A stretch of DNA of 64,000 nt from Octopus sinensis (GCF_006345805.1 NC_043005.1:77872001-77936000); one strand, 5' to 3'; positions 1 to 13,475 are shown, counted from the stretch's first letter. Notes: generated by a model not told the origin, from the sequence alone. Translations and numbers: made by a program.

Positions 1-304
1 TACATGAAAAGCCACGAAAAACGAAAAAAAACAACAAAAAAAAAACGAGAAGGTTGATGCTAAAAAGTGGAATGTGAAGACACAGAGTGAATAAAAATTA
101 GAAAAGGAACGGAAAGAAAATTGGTGTAACTCCAATACAGTGCATGTTAAATGATATTTATATATGTATAACCAAAATAATAGATATATTAACAGGGTTA
201 ATTAAGTAATTTTTTTGAAGATTAAAGAAAAAAGTGATTAGCGACTTTCATCAATTTTCGAATCTTATTGGGTTCTCATGACCGGTGTCTACATCAATTT
301 CGAC

Positions 305-513
305 TACCCCAAAGAAATAGGGGACAAACAAGGACAGACAAACGGATTAAGTCGATTACATCGATCCCAGTGCGTAACTGGTACTTAATTTATCGACCCC
401 GAAAGGATGAAAGGCAAAATCGACCTCGACGGAATTTGAACTCAGAACGCAACGGCAGACGAAATACGGCTACGCATTTCGCCCGGCGTGCTAACGTTTC
501 TGCCAGCTCGCCA
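305..513 (-). mobile_element. tRNA-derived SINE, family A (Deu/Nin-like core)
   Basis: Reverse complement of GGCGAGCTGGCAGAAACGTTAGCAC...GAGTTCAAATTCCG (A/B-box-like) followed by GTCGAtTTTGCCTTTCATCCTTTCGGGGTCGATAAA. About 20 copies in the window. Confidence 0.85.
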
Positions 514-659
514 AAGAAATAAACATTCAATCTGTATATATTCTGAACGATTACAGAAGATACAAAAATCTGGAACAACTAATTTGCATACAGAAAGTGT
601 CAATACTTTAATTAATATTCAGGGGTCTATGAAAGAGTATCTTAGTTCACATTGACTGC

Positions 660-824
660 GGCCAAGCGGAGACACCATTTTAAAGGGTTTAGTCGACCAA
701 ATTTGCCACAGTACTTGTTTCTTTTTAAGCCTGGTAATTATTTTATCAGTCGCCTTTTCCGAACCGCTAAGTTACGGGGACGTCAACACACCAACACCGG
801 ATGATAACCGGTGCTGGATACAGA

Positions 825-864
<40 letters not shown>

Positions 865-870
865 GCTATT
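660..870 (-). mobile_element. SINE family B, 3' half
   Basis: Matches the 3' part of the copy at 2628-3052 (CCGAACCGCTAAGTTACGGGGACGT) and ends in the internal (CA)n. Confidence 0.75.
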
Positions 871-922
871 CGATATTTAAGAATTAGTTTAATAAAAACT
901 TTCAGCATTTCTCTTCCGACAG

Positions 923-1150
923 GGCGGCGAGCTGGCAGAAACGTTAGCACGCCAATGTAATGCTTAGCAGCATTTCGTCTGCCGCTACGTTCTGAGTTCA
1001 AATTCCGCCGAGGTCGACTTTGCCTTTCATCCTTTTGGGGTCGATTAAATAAGTACCAGTTACGCACTGGGGTCGACATAATCGACTTAATTCGTCTGTC
1101 TGTCCTTGTTTGTCCCCTCTACGTTTTGTCCCCTGTGGGCAATAAAGAAA
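923..1150 (+). mobile_element. SINE family A monomer
   Basis: Head GGCGGCGAGCTGGCAGAAACGTTAGCAC, core, and tail CCCTGTGGGCAATAAAGAAA. Confidence 0.85.
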
Positions 1151-1199
1151 TTAAAAAATTCTATTCCGTATTTTCACACATTAACTTGTGTAGACTGAA

Positions 1200-1390
1200 T
1201 CATGTAAAATGTTAGAGAAAGAAACCTATTTATTTGTTGCAATTCATATCAATACATCTAAAGGAAAATATTTTCAGGAGCCCTTAATATACTATTGTAA
1301 ATCCCCAATTTACTATTTTTTTGTGTGGAACCCCGCCCCAATTTGATATGGACCCTCAGGAGCCATGTGGACCCTGGTTGAGAACCACTG
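1200..1390 (+). mobile_element. hAT-like MITE, 3' portion
   Basis: Ends GGTTGAGAACCACTG, the inverse of CAGTGGTTCTCAA at 48179. Confidence 0.5.
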
Positions 1391-1806
1391 GTTTAGATCT
1401 CAATTATAAAAAAATGCGAAACAATTATTCTATGCTAATTTAGTTAATTTTATCAAGCTCCCTTTGCAGTTTGTAAGATAGTAATTTAAATGTGATAAAA
1501 AATTTTAAAAGAAATTTTTAAGTGCCTACGTAATAACTGTAAACCTCCTTTTTGACCACCCTGTATGTATTATCTCTCACACATAGCTTTCATTTTGTTT
1601 AAAACTTCTTTCTGATTGGATAAAAATGATCAAACTTTAGAGTTTTGTAACATTTTTCTAATTTAAAAAAAAAATAAATGCATCAATAAATCAGATTCAA
1701 CATGAAAAGGTACACCAATATACCAAATTTGAAAATTTTCCCTTAATTTCAAAATTTCAAAATCTGTGACGGCAACGGAAATGATCTCTCGCTCTCTGTC
1801 TGTCTG

Positions 1807-1861
<55 letters not shown>

Positions 1862-2627
1862 TTCTCTCGCTTTCTCTCTTCGTCTGTCTCTTTCATTTTC
1901 TCATGATAAACTTCCCCACTCTCTGTAAAAGCATATCGCTCATGCTGAAAGAGTGTGTCGCGCTTGTCAATACATGTGCGTAAGGAATTTCATTAGGGCG
2001 ACAGAGTGATGTTAAAAAGGCATGTAAAACAGTAATTTACTTTAATAGCATATTTTCCTGTTAGTAAATGTGCTTTTTCGTATACACACACGCACACACA
2101 AAGACTCGCTTGGTGCGAGGTGGGGGTTAAAGGTTTAAATAATTTTTTTCGTTGCTGCTTAAATCCCAGCAATGGACCACCGCTTCATCATTCCATAAAA
2201 TTTGTTTATGGAGAGGAAAATATTGAAAAACATCAATGCATGTCAAAGCGACAAAGACACGATGCAGAAACCAGGTGGTCGTAGGATGTGCTAGAAACAC
2301 CAGCTAAATCTCCCTTAAATCACATATCTTTTCATCTGTAAAGTATTTTCTTGTTATAAACAAAAAAAATTGCAGATTCGAACTGTCTGTGTTCGAAAAT
2401 TCGAAAACCCCCCTGATATTTTAGGATTTATGGGTGGGGAGAAGCGAAGTTAATGAAAGGTGGTATCCAGCATGGCCGCAGTCTAATGATTGAAACAAAA
2501 GATAAAAAATTCTGAATGTAAGTACCAATGGTGCGGTATTCGTCTTCAGAACGCATAGACATTTAGTGCCAAAAAATACACAAGGATTAGTAGCCCAGAA
2601 AAAGAAAAAAATGACCAGTAGTGACCT

Positions 2628-3052
2628 CTTTTACTCTTTTACTTGTTTCAGTCATTTGATTGTGGCCATGCTGGAGCAACGCTTTAAGTCGATCAAATCG
2701 ACCTCAGGATTTATTCTTTGTAAGCCTAGTACTTATTATATCGGTCTCTTTTGCCGAACCGCTAAGTTACGGGGACGTAAACACACCAGCATCGGTTGTC
2801 AAGCGATGTTGGGGGGACAAACACAGACACACAAACACACACACACACACATATATATATGTATATACATATATATATACATACACTATACGACAGGTTT
2901 CTTTCAGTTTCCGTCTACCAAATCCACTCACAAAGCCTTGATCGGCCCGAGGCCATAGTAGAAGACACCTGCACAAGGTGCCACGGAGTGGGATTGAACT
3001 TGGAACCATGTGGCTGGTAAGCAAGCTACTTACCACATAGCCACTCCTACGC
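2628..3052 (-). mobile_element. tRNA-derived SINE family B, full length
   Basis: tRNA-like head (GTGGCTATGTGGTAAGTAG...GGTTCAATCCC), internal (TA/CA)n, tail CCAGCATGGCCAC...AATGACTGAAACAAGTAAAAGAGTAAAAGAG. Confidence 0.85.
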
Positions 3053-3171
3053 CCATTCACTGGACATTTTCCGCCTGATTTGATACTTCTGCGCTTTTTT
3101 TTGGTACTAAATGACTATACGTGATGCCATCTGAAGCCGAATGCCGCATTATTGTAGCTTTCTTTTAGTAT

Positions 3172-3735
3172 ACGATGTCTGATCAATAAGTATCCGGACT
3201 GTTGTCATACTAACGAAGCTAAAGCATGCAAAATGAAGCCACTTGGCAACAATTAACCTCTGCTGTGCATATGCACTAAATTTTAACGTTATAGCTCACT
3301 TCTTCTGATTACAGCAATGCTTGAAAGGAACGTGTATAGCGTGTGATCATCACATTGATCATGACAAAGTTGTCATCGCGATAACTGCTCAGAGGCCTAC
3401 GCAAAGTTGCAGAAAGTGTATGGAGAAGAGTGTATGAGCCGCACACAAGTGTACGAGTGTTTCAGACGTTTCCATAGATGGCAGAAAAAAATGACGATAT
3501 TGACGAACGTTCTGGGAGACCCGCAACCAACAGAACTGAGAAAAACATAGCAGAAGTGCGTGCAGCTGTGAGGGGAAATTATCGAATCACCATCCGTGAG
3601 TTAGAGGATGTGTAGATTAGTTACGGGTCGGTTCAGTCCCTTATCACGGAAGATTTGGGTACGAGACACGCTTTTGTCAAAACTGCTTTCATCTGACCAA
3701 AGAGACACTCGGGTTTGAGTTGCACAAGATCTCCT
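3172..3735 (+). mobile_element. mariner transposon, decayed 5' half
   Basis: TIR TCTGATCAATAAGTATCCGGACTGTTG. Translates with frameshifts to SEAYAKLQKVYGEECMSRTQVYE..RRF...ERSGRP...ITIREL, a mariner HTH region. Confidence 0.85.
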
Positions 3736-3742
3736 TCATTAC

Positions 3743-4152
3743 TCTTACTCTCTTTTACTCTTTTACATGTTTCAGTCATTTGACTGCGGCCATGCTGGAG
3801 CACCGCCTTTAGTCGAGCAAATCGACCCCGGGACTTATTCTTTGTAAGCCCAGTACTTATTCTATCGGTCTCTTTTGCCAAACCGCTAAGTGACGGGGAC
3901 GTAATCACACCAGCATCGGTTGTCAAGCAATGCTAGGGGTACAAACACACAAACACATACATACATATACATATATATACATACATATGACAGGCTTATT
4001 TCAGTTTCCGTCTACCAAATCCACTCACAAGGCATTGGTCGGCCCGGGGCTATAGCAGAAGACACTTGCCCAAGATGCCACACAGTGGGACTGAACCCGG
4101 AACCATGTGGTTGGTTAGCAAGCTACTTACCACACAGCCACTCCTGCGCCTA
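3743..4152 (-). mobile_element. SINE family B, full length
   Basis: Near-identical to 2628-3052 and lies between two mariner halves. Confidence 0.9.
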
Positions 4153-4154
4153 TT

Positions 4155-4452
4155 GTGTCGAGAATGATGAAAATTTTTGAAAACTTTGTGTAGGCCACTG
4201 AGCAGGTATAGCCAAGTACTTGGCAAAATTTGATGTAAATTTCTGCTCAACTTTCTCTGTAATGGTCAATGCGACGATCACACGCTACACAGCTTTTCTT
4301 CAAGTACAGCTGTAAACAGCAGAAGTGAGCTAAAACATTAAAATTTAGTGCACATGCAAAGCAGAGGACAACGTCAATCTGTGCCGAGCGACTTTAATAC
4401 GCGTGCTTTAGCTTCGTGACTATGGCAACAGTCCGGATACTTATTGATCAGA
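4155..4452 (-). mobile_element. mariner transposon, second 5' end in inverted orientation
   Basis: 4421-4452 is the reverse complement of the TIR at ~3180. 4240-4420 mirrors 3200-3365 with clear divergence. Confidence 0.8.
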
Positions 4453-4520
4453 TTACACATTCACGTTATGTAGGATATAGAGTTCATTTCGATATGAATA
4501 CTACTTCAGTCACTAATAAT

Positions 4521-5105
4521 GAATATTGTTTTCTACTCAAGGCACAAGGCCCGAAATTTTGGGGGAGGGGCGGTCGGGTAGATCGACCCCAGTACGCAAC
4601 TGGTACTAAATTTATCGACCCCGAAACGATGAAAGGTAAAGTCGACCGCGGCGGAATTTGAACTCAGAACGTAAAGACAGATGAAATACCTACTTCTTTA
4701 CTACCCACAAGGGGCTAAACACAGAGAGAACAAACAAGAATAGACAAACGAATTAAGTCGATTACATCGACCCCAGTGCGTAAATGGTACTTAATTTATC
4801 GACCCCGAAAGGATGAAAGGCAAAGTCGACGTCGGCGGAATTTGAACATAGAACGTAACGGCTGACGAAATACCGCAAAGCATTTCGCCCGGCGTGCTAA
4901 CATTTCTGGCAGCTCACTGCTTTGAATGTCAGCAACATTCTTTACTACTGTAGGCACAAGACCCGAAATTTTTGGGGAGCGGGCCAGTCGATTAAAACGA
5001 CCCCAGTACGCAGCTGGTACTTAATTTGTCGACCCCGAAAGGATGAAAGGCAAAGTCGACCTCGACGGAATTTGAACTCAGAAAGTAAAGACAGACGAAC
5101 TAAAA
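4521..5105 (-). mobile_element. SINE family A dimer plus adjacent partial copy
   Basis: Three tandem cores (GTCGACCCCGAAAGGATGAAAGG) and the tail AGGCACAAGGCCCGAAATTTTGGGG. Confidence 0.85.
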
Positions 5106-5164
5106 ACGAGTATTTTTTATTTCTTTTATCTTTTCCTTCTTTCAGTCACCACGGCTTTGAAGAC

Positions 5165-5515
5165 GTTTTAGTCGAATGAATCAACGGCAGCATTTTTCTT
5201 TGATTGGTTTTTGAAGTCTGAAATTTATTCTATCGGTCTCTTTTGCCGAATCGCTGACTTACGGGAACATAAACAAACCAATATCGGTTGTCAGCGGTAA
5301 TAGGGGACAGACATATGCACAAACACACACATGCACAAACACACACACACACACATGCGGCGAGCTTCTTCCAGTTTCCGTTTACCAAATCCACTCACAA
5401 GGCTTTGGTCGGATCAAGGCTATATTAGACGACACTTGTCCTAGGTTTCACTCAGAAGGACTGAACACGGAACCATGTGGTTAAGAAGTAAGCTCCTTAC
5501 CACACAACCACGCCA
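5165..5515 (-). mobile_element. SINE family B, diverged
   Basis: Same head, body and tail motifs as 2628-3052. Confidence 0.75.
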
Positions 5516-5525
5516 TATACATATA

Positions 5526-5564
<39 letters not shown>

Positions 5565-5632
5565 GTGTGTTATATACATCCAACTACTATACAGCATAAA
5601 TGCCATTCAATATATATTCTTGATTTATTAAA

Positions 5633-5716
<84 letters not shown>

Positions 5717-6005
5717 CGATCCCTATAGATCGTTTTATTTTCCTCTTCCCCTTTTTTCCTCTTTTTCTTCTTTTTTCATTTTTCTTTTCTTTTGTTCCTT
5801 TTCCTTTTTTTCTTTTTTTTTCTTTCCTTTTTTTTTGTTCTTTTCTCCCTTTTACGATCCCTTTTGATCGAAAACCTACGCCACCCCTTTTTTTGTTTCT
5901 TTTGTTTTTTGTTTTGTTTTTGTTTTTTTTCATCCCCCAAAAGAAAACTCTACCTTGTAACATGTCCCATCTGTGTGCAGCCCTGTGTGGCCAATAAAGA
6001 AACTT
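5717..6005 (+). mobile_element. short T-rich retroposon-like 3' end bounded by (TATC)n on both sides
   Basis: Ends CCCTGTGTGGCCAATAAAGAAACT-(TATC)n with (TATC)n also upstream at 5637-5716. A related copy lies at 54706-54919 on the minus strand. Confidence 0.55.
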
Positions 6006-6020
6006 ATCTATCTATCTATA

Positions 6021-6087
<67 letters not shown>

Positions 6088-6143
6088 GTGTGTGTGTGTG
6101 TGTGTGTATACACACATGTATATGTATATATATATATATATAT

Positions 6144-6190
<47 letters not shown>

Positions 6191-6703
6191 TATACATGTG
6201 TGTATACACATACACACACACACACATATATACATGCATATATATATGTTGGGATTTCCATACAGTTTTGCAGGGAGGGCATTATGTCAGTCAGAGGCTA
6301 TAATAGAAGATATTTGCCTAAGGTGCTGTGAAGTCGAACTGAAATCGAAACAACGTGGTTGTAAAGCGTGCTTTTTAACCACGTAGCCACGCCTATAAAT
6401 TTTAACATAGATAATATATATATTTAATCATAAGGTTATACTTTTTTCTGTGCTTTCAGTGGGTCAATGACCCGATATCACGCATGCTGGCACGCATGCT
6501 GGCACGCATGCTGGCACGCATGCGTCTGGGCTTAATGGTTTCTCCTCCCCGCAGATTATCTCACTGATTAGGAAGAGAAGCATGTGAAGGTGAGAGCATG
6601 CTATCTTTGTAGGGTATCACATTTGTATGCAGACTGTCTGTTAGCATTCCCGTGTCGCAAGGCCAATTTGATTTAAATTACAGGTTTCGGATTGTGAGTG
6701 GGA

Positions 6704-6747
<44 letters not shown>

Positions 6748-6893
6748 GTGGGAAGAAAGAGAGAAAGACAGAGAGAGAGAAAGAGAAAGTGAGAAAGGGA
6801 GTGAGAGTACGTGTGTGATTACACTTCTCCATCTATCCATGTATGTTTGTTTGTATACATGTATGTATGCATGCATATATACATACATAATAC

Positions 6894-6933
<40 letters not shown>

Positions 6934-7031
6934 TCAGAGTTGCACGTCCCCTTTCGCGAAAGTCTGAGTAACAGTTTTTCTGATATTTTTGTTGCTTTTC
7001 AATCATGTATACACACACACGTATATTTACC

Positions 7032-7101
<70 letters not shown>

Positions 7102-7189
7102 CAGGCTGACGTACCCAGTATTTCCCGGGAAATCGGGGATTATGCCTCGGTTCCGTTCTCATAATTGTTTCGCTAATCCAATAATATAT

Positions 7190-7412
7190 TTCTTTATTTC
7201 CCACAAGGGGCTAAACATCAAGGAGACAAACAAGGACAGAGAAGGGGATTAAATCGATTACATCGACCCCAGTGCGTAACTGGTACTTAATTTATCGACC
7301 CCGAAAGGATGATAAGCAAAGTCGACCTCGGCGGAATTTGAGCTCAGAACGTAACGGCAGACGAAATACCGCTAAGCATTTCGCCCGATGTGCCAACGTT
7401 TCTGCCAGCTCG
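7190..7412 (-). mobile_element. SINE family A monomer
   Basis: Family A head, core and tail motifs. Confidence 0.85.
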
Positions 7413-8350
7413 AATCCAATAATGACAATACAAAGTATGTAGCCCTTAAAGCGGTTTTTGTGCTTTTACAGAGAATACCGAACTGTCTTACACAGGATCT
7501 TGTTTTTAGGAAATCCCAATAAGTTATGAATACCCGAATTGTGAAGTCAAGTCATTAAATAACATGAAATTAGTTACCCGATAGTAATAATTCAAATACA
7601 GTAGCCCCGAAAAGGGCCTTAATGCATTCTCTGAGTATATAGAACATAAGAGGAAATACTAAAATGGTATGTATACTAAAATCGTAAAGCATGTTACATA
7701 ATAACAGACTAATCAGATATGAGATAATAACAATTCAAAGTAAATAACTCTGAAAGGACCTTTGTGCGTTCCCAGAGAATACTACCCTGAAGGGTGCTAG
7801 TGTTGCTACATTCGTGAATACGTTACAAACCAAAATAAGTGGATCTATTGTTTAGGTAAATACTATTTCCTTGTTTAAGGGTTGTACTGGATAAAGTGCG
7901 AAAATAACTCTAGCAGCTCAAATACTAAGAAATAAGCATACTCAATTTGATTTATACCAAATAATTTAGGAAAATGGACGGATTATTTCCCTTGGCTATA
8001 TATAAGGATCCCTTCCAGGGATCCTATTATCGATTTTATTCAACAATCTGAGTATGCACTGAAGTTTCCAGACATGAGTTCTACTCCCGTGTCAAGTTTT
8101 ATAAAAATCGATAGAACGATATAGGAGGAGTTAGCTAACAACTCCACAAACATGCCCACAGACATAATTTCCCACATATGACGGAGATAGACATATGTGT
8201 GAGAGTATATCAACATGCATACGTATACATAATACATATATACATACATACATACACACATGTAAGTAAATATATATATATGTGTGTGTGTGTGAATGTG
8301 TGTATATACACGCAATATATATATATATGTGTGTGTGTGAATGTGTGTAT

Positions 8351-8409
<59 letters not shown>

Positions 8410-9368
8410 CATACACATGTATATATACAGGAGGCGATGAGTAAATTGTCACCATTTTATATTCTTAATTTCGCTCATGCGCATTGGTTGTTTTTGATTT
8501 TGTCTGCTACAGAGTATAGTAGGGGCAGTTGGGTACCGTTTGTGAATCTATCAGTGGCTTTATAAAGTGTTTGTCTTGGCTTCCTGAATCTATTAATGCC
8601 GCTATAAATCAATAGATACCAACACAATCCAAATGGTATGAGCCAGTTCATTCTATAGCTGAAATCAACGATGTTGCCACCTATCAATTTCATAATTCTT
8701 TTCAACCCACAGATGGCTCACTTCACAATCTACAATGGAGAGCAGTGGTTTAGTGCGACCCTGAAGTGGTGTGATTCTTGCTGTCAAAACTTTTATGCCT
8801 CGTGTGGCTGTTTGTGTTAACTGAGATGCTTTCATTCCGTGCATTCCTTTTGTCTCATCAAATATGTCATTTCTGTTCAAGCGACTTTAGTTTCCTCAAG
8901 CATACAGGAGTTGAACTGATAAAGCTGTCCCTATCATGCCTATCGCTATGTTGTATGCTCACACGTTGGACCAAAAAGACATATTTTTATAAGAACATCA
9001 AGTCACAGAAGTAGAAATTTTGCTTATTCTAGAGAGTTCTTGCCGAATAAAACACATTTCTGATAAATTGATCCTTATATTTGGGTTGTATGTGAATTAA
9101 AATTTGCAAGGAAATAAATGAAGACCTATGGATACAAAGGTAATCTTTTCTTAAGTCATAAGATTAAAATTAGGAATAAACACAGTCTAAAATGAATCGC
9201 ACTTCATAAAAAGCTGGGAAAATTCAACTTTTAACGTGTATCTGCATTACAATGAAAATATTTCCTAATATAGTTGCTTACCAAAAGCACTACGTAAAAA
9301 GTAGCTTTCAGTTAATTCACTTAACTATAAATATTCTTCTCCACCCACACATATACAGGCGATGATGG

Positions 9369-9450
<82 letters not shown>

Positions 9451-10305
9451 TATATAATGAAAATGTCTAGCGATCCTCACAAATCACATCATACGGGAAA
9501 AATAAAGAGTTAAAATGCACCAGAGGTTTTATTGAATCTCAAAATATAGTATTATTAAATGTTTGCGCATAATTTCGAAATAAAATGTTTAGAACATTTA
9601 CTTTTATCTTTTTTACCGGTTTCAACTTTAAATGTCACTAAATGTCTTTATCCAATTTCATTAAATGTTTTGATATCATTTCAAAAGCGATATAAAACAA
9701 AAATAAAAGAAGAATAATCGTATATCGTTAATGAAATCATTATTGTGAATGCATAATCATGTTAGTAACAGGGGATGTAATTTCAAGGAGCATAATTAAA
9801 TCAAACACGGGATATAATAAACCACAATTCGTTTAAGTTCATCAGCTGATGTTTGTTTATAAACTACATTTCTTTGGTTATTTGTTGTCAATCAGTTGCT
9901 GAATCGTAGTGATCTTATATAGTAATATTCAACATAATTCTGGAATTGAAGTTAGCAAACACTAGCTAGACTAATTTGCTATTGAGCAATCAGACTGCAA
10001 TGATAAGAGATTTATTATAGATGAGCGTCAATTTAATTACGTTATGTTCGATGAGACTGCCAAATAACAAAATTCAGGTACAGCTATGGTTAGTGAAGTT
10101 GGGCCGACTTATATAAACCTAATTTTGAAATATCACGAATTAAAAGTTTATGAATATTATCAACAAATATTTGGAAATAATTTGTTTCAGTAGTTACTGA
10201 AAGAGATCGAAAATATTCTCGTTAGAGTTGTATACGGGACCTTGTGGCACTTTTTCCACCTCTCTGCATTTTAGGTTCATGTTCTTTCGTGTTCATCATT
10301 GCCTG

Positions 10306-10521
10306 TCATCCTTTCAGTGTCGATAAGAAGGTATTAAGTCCAGGGTAATGGATTACCAAAACTGCATGCTCATCGGACGTGGTGTCTGTTTTGGATAATT
10401 GCATTCTGACTGCAACATCTACGACAACATTAGTTCCAAACTTTATCTGTCTTGCCTTTTCATACTTTGAGAGGAAATCTCCAAGTGCAAAATTCCCAAG
10501 ATATTTGAAACAAACGACAAC
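10306..10521 (-). CDS. candidate terminal exon, unknown protein (VVVCFKYLGNFALGDFLSKYEKARQIKFGTNVVVDV...LSTLKG*)
   Basis: 72 open codons after a tatttatag acceptor, in non-repetitive sequence. No recognised homology. Confidence 0.25.
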   Translation of the reverse strand, partial: VVVCFKYLGNFALGDFLSKYEKARQIKFGTNVVVDVAVRMQLSKTDTTSDEHAVLVIHYPGLNTFLSTLKG

Positions 10522-11099
10522 CTATAAATATAGTTTCTTCACAGAAAAACTTGCTCTCTACAGCATCGATGAGTATCTACAGTTCCTTTTTTATTGTCAG
10601 CCTACAATCACCAAAGTAGAATGGAAGATTTGATGGGTTTCTTTCTCTTTGCACGTCTCACATGTCCCTTCCTTATCCTCTACTAAAGTTTTAATTCAGA
10701 CAATGCTTCTGTTTATGCTAGCTACTGTCGATTTCCATTCTGAGCTGTTTTGTTGCGTTTCGTTTCTCTTATGAAAAACATATCACAACAAACGGCCTAA
10801 ATTAACTGTAATTATAACATACTTATTGATGAAAACTGTATCGAAGCATTAGTGTAGAGATGCAGCTGATTTTAACGAGCGTCGACCAAGTCATTTATTG
10901 AATTCTATTTTGTGATTGCATTGATGAATGATAGCTTGACGATGTGACCTTCATCGATAATACACTTAAGTTAACCATAAAGCTATAACAGCAGTTTTAT
11001 GCCTATTCGTTTGGTTTCATGCTTGACGAAGATTCCGTTGTGCCAAATTATATACATTATGTATAATGTTATAATGTATAATTATGTATAATATTAAGT

Positions 11100-11139
<40 letters not shown>

Positions 11140-11529
11140 TATATATATATATATCACATGTATTATATCATACTCCAGCCCCTAAGAGAAAGAAAGAGCG
11201 AGGGAGAGAGATTGTTTACTAAGAAATAAAAGACACGAGAAGACAAGTGGGAGAGAGAATGTATGTATACATACTGTTCGTATGTCAAGTTAGAGTCGAG
11301 TTCGGTGAACTTAATTCATGTTCATAGAAAATAATAATAGAAAATACCAATTTATTTCAACATAAAAGCACGTGCTGCTTCCAATAGCTGATGCATCGCC
11401 TGTAAACCCTAACTGCACTGCCGCTAAGACCTAGCAGCAAGTCGCCACACAGCTACAATATGATTGCAAGTTGTGCAATTTCATGGGATCAAAATAATGA
11501 ATTTATAATAATACAGACATAATGTATAA

Positions 11530-12290
11530 TGCTGATTTTAGATTTTGGCACAAAGCCAGCAATTTCCGGGGAGCGAGTAAGTCGATTATATCGATGCCAG
11601 AGCTTAAATTTTACTAATTTGATCGACCCTGAAAGGATGAAAGGCAAAGTTGACCTCGGTGGAGTTTGAACTCACAACATAAAGACGGACGAAAAACCAC
11701 TAAGCATTTTACCTGGCGCGCTAACGTTTCTGCCAGCTCTCCGCCTTGTGCTTCTATGTAATATTCTTTGTACTACAGGCACAAGGCCAGCAATTTCAAG
11801 AAAGAGAGTATGTCGATTAAATCGACCCCAATACCCAACTTATTCTATTGGCCACAAAATAATGAAAGGCAAAGTTGATCTCGGTGGAATTTGAACCCAG
11901 AGCGTAAAGGCAGACTAAATACTACTAAGCATTTTGCCCGGCATGCTAACGGTTCTGCCAGCCCACCGCCTTATTAAATATTGGTTTCAATGTTTCTCAC
12001 GAGACCAGCCAGTTCGAGGAAGGACTTAAAGTCGATTACATCACCTGGTTCTAAAGACGAATGAAATGTCGCTAAGCATTTAGCCCGGCGTGCTAACGAC
12101 TCTGCCGGCTGGCTGCCTTAGTAGAATATATAACATTAACAATAAATATTTCTTTCTACTAAAAGCACAAAGCCTGAAATTTTGGGAAGCGAGGGATAAT
12201 CATTTATATCGACCGAGTGCTCTACTGAGACTTATCTTATCGACCCGAAAGGATAAAATGCGATTTCGACTTCGGCCGAATTTGAACACT
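11530..12290 (-). mobile_element. cluster of degenerate family A SINEs
   Basis: Repeated GAAAGGATGAAAGGCAAAGTTGACCTCGG cores and TGCTAACG..TCTGCCAGC heads. Confidence 0.75.
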
Positions 12291-12647
12291 TCTGACACTA
12301 CTGCGTGTACAAGTGAGTTGTTCCTTCTTAAACTTACTTCAGCTAAGCGAACTCGACCTTTTGACTGTGAAGTGTCTTGACTAAGCATAAAATGTGTCAA
12401 GGAACGAATTGCCACCGATTCCTCTTTGGGTTATGATTACCCGGTGTTCTACCAAATTTATCACCTGTTGTCCCACTTTTTTATGGTTTATTCAGAAGAG
12501 GGAAGGAAGTCCTCATAAGCTTTTCCAGAGCTCCTGAAATTGCTGAGGGTTGCGATGGGGCAATAATCCACTACTCATGATTGTTGTAAGGCAATACCGC
12601 TTATCATGATATAGAACTATCCTTAAACTGAGAATATAGTCGGGATT

Positions 12648-12882
12648 CTTGAGGCGACCAGCTGGCAGAATCGTTAGCACGCCGGGCGAAATGCTTAGCG
12701 GTATTTCGTCTGCCGTTACGTTCTAAGTTCAAATTCCGCCGAGGTCGACTTTGCCTTTCATTCTTTCGGGGTCGATAAATTAAGTTCCAGCTACGCACTG
12801 GGGTCGATGTATTCGACTTAATTCGTTTGTCTGTCCTTGTTTATCCTCTATGTGTTTAACCCCTTGTGAGTAGTAAAGAAAT
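12648..12882 (+). mobile_element. SINE family A monomer
   Basis: Family A head, core and tail motifs. Confidence 0.85.
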
Positions 12883-13444
12883 AAATATAGTCGAGATTCT
12901 TTAAAAAAAAGTAACCGCATCTAAGAGCAACTAAGCATCACATGAAAGAGTAAAAGAGCGCGATGGATTAAGCCTAGTACCCAAGAACAAATATAGTCAA
13001 CCAGTTGGGATACTGTACAATTTCAGTCTGGTCAATTTCAGGGACACGTTCCCATGCCTTGAGATCGAACTTGGAACCACGAGACTGCGAAACAGCCGTT
13101 TCTGAAGTGTTTTACTTTAAAGCCATTTTATAAAAAGAAAATGAACCCATAAAAGTGATATGAGTTGAAAAGAGGAATTCATCCTTTTGAAAGGCCTTGA
13201 ATAGTTATCTTTAAGCCAAGAGAACTCTGTCATATCTGAATGTTATCAATGTTACCTCTGTATGGTGTCATGCATGTTACACGTCAAGTGGTGGTTCTTG
13301 AATAGAGCACATTTCTACTTTGATGATTTAGCAAAGATATCTATAGGTCGAGTACTACTTCAGGGAACTTCACATTTCCCAAACGAGAACAAATAGGAAA
13401 AAAAAAATGTCGCTTGTTTTTAATTTATTTATTTATTTTGAAGT

Positions 13445-13475
<31 letters not shown>

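Noticed and set aside
7420-7785. CRISPR-like repeat-spacer array
   Set aside because: Eukaryotic context, only three highly degenerate units with 85-110 bp spacers, and no cas genes.
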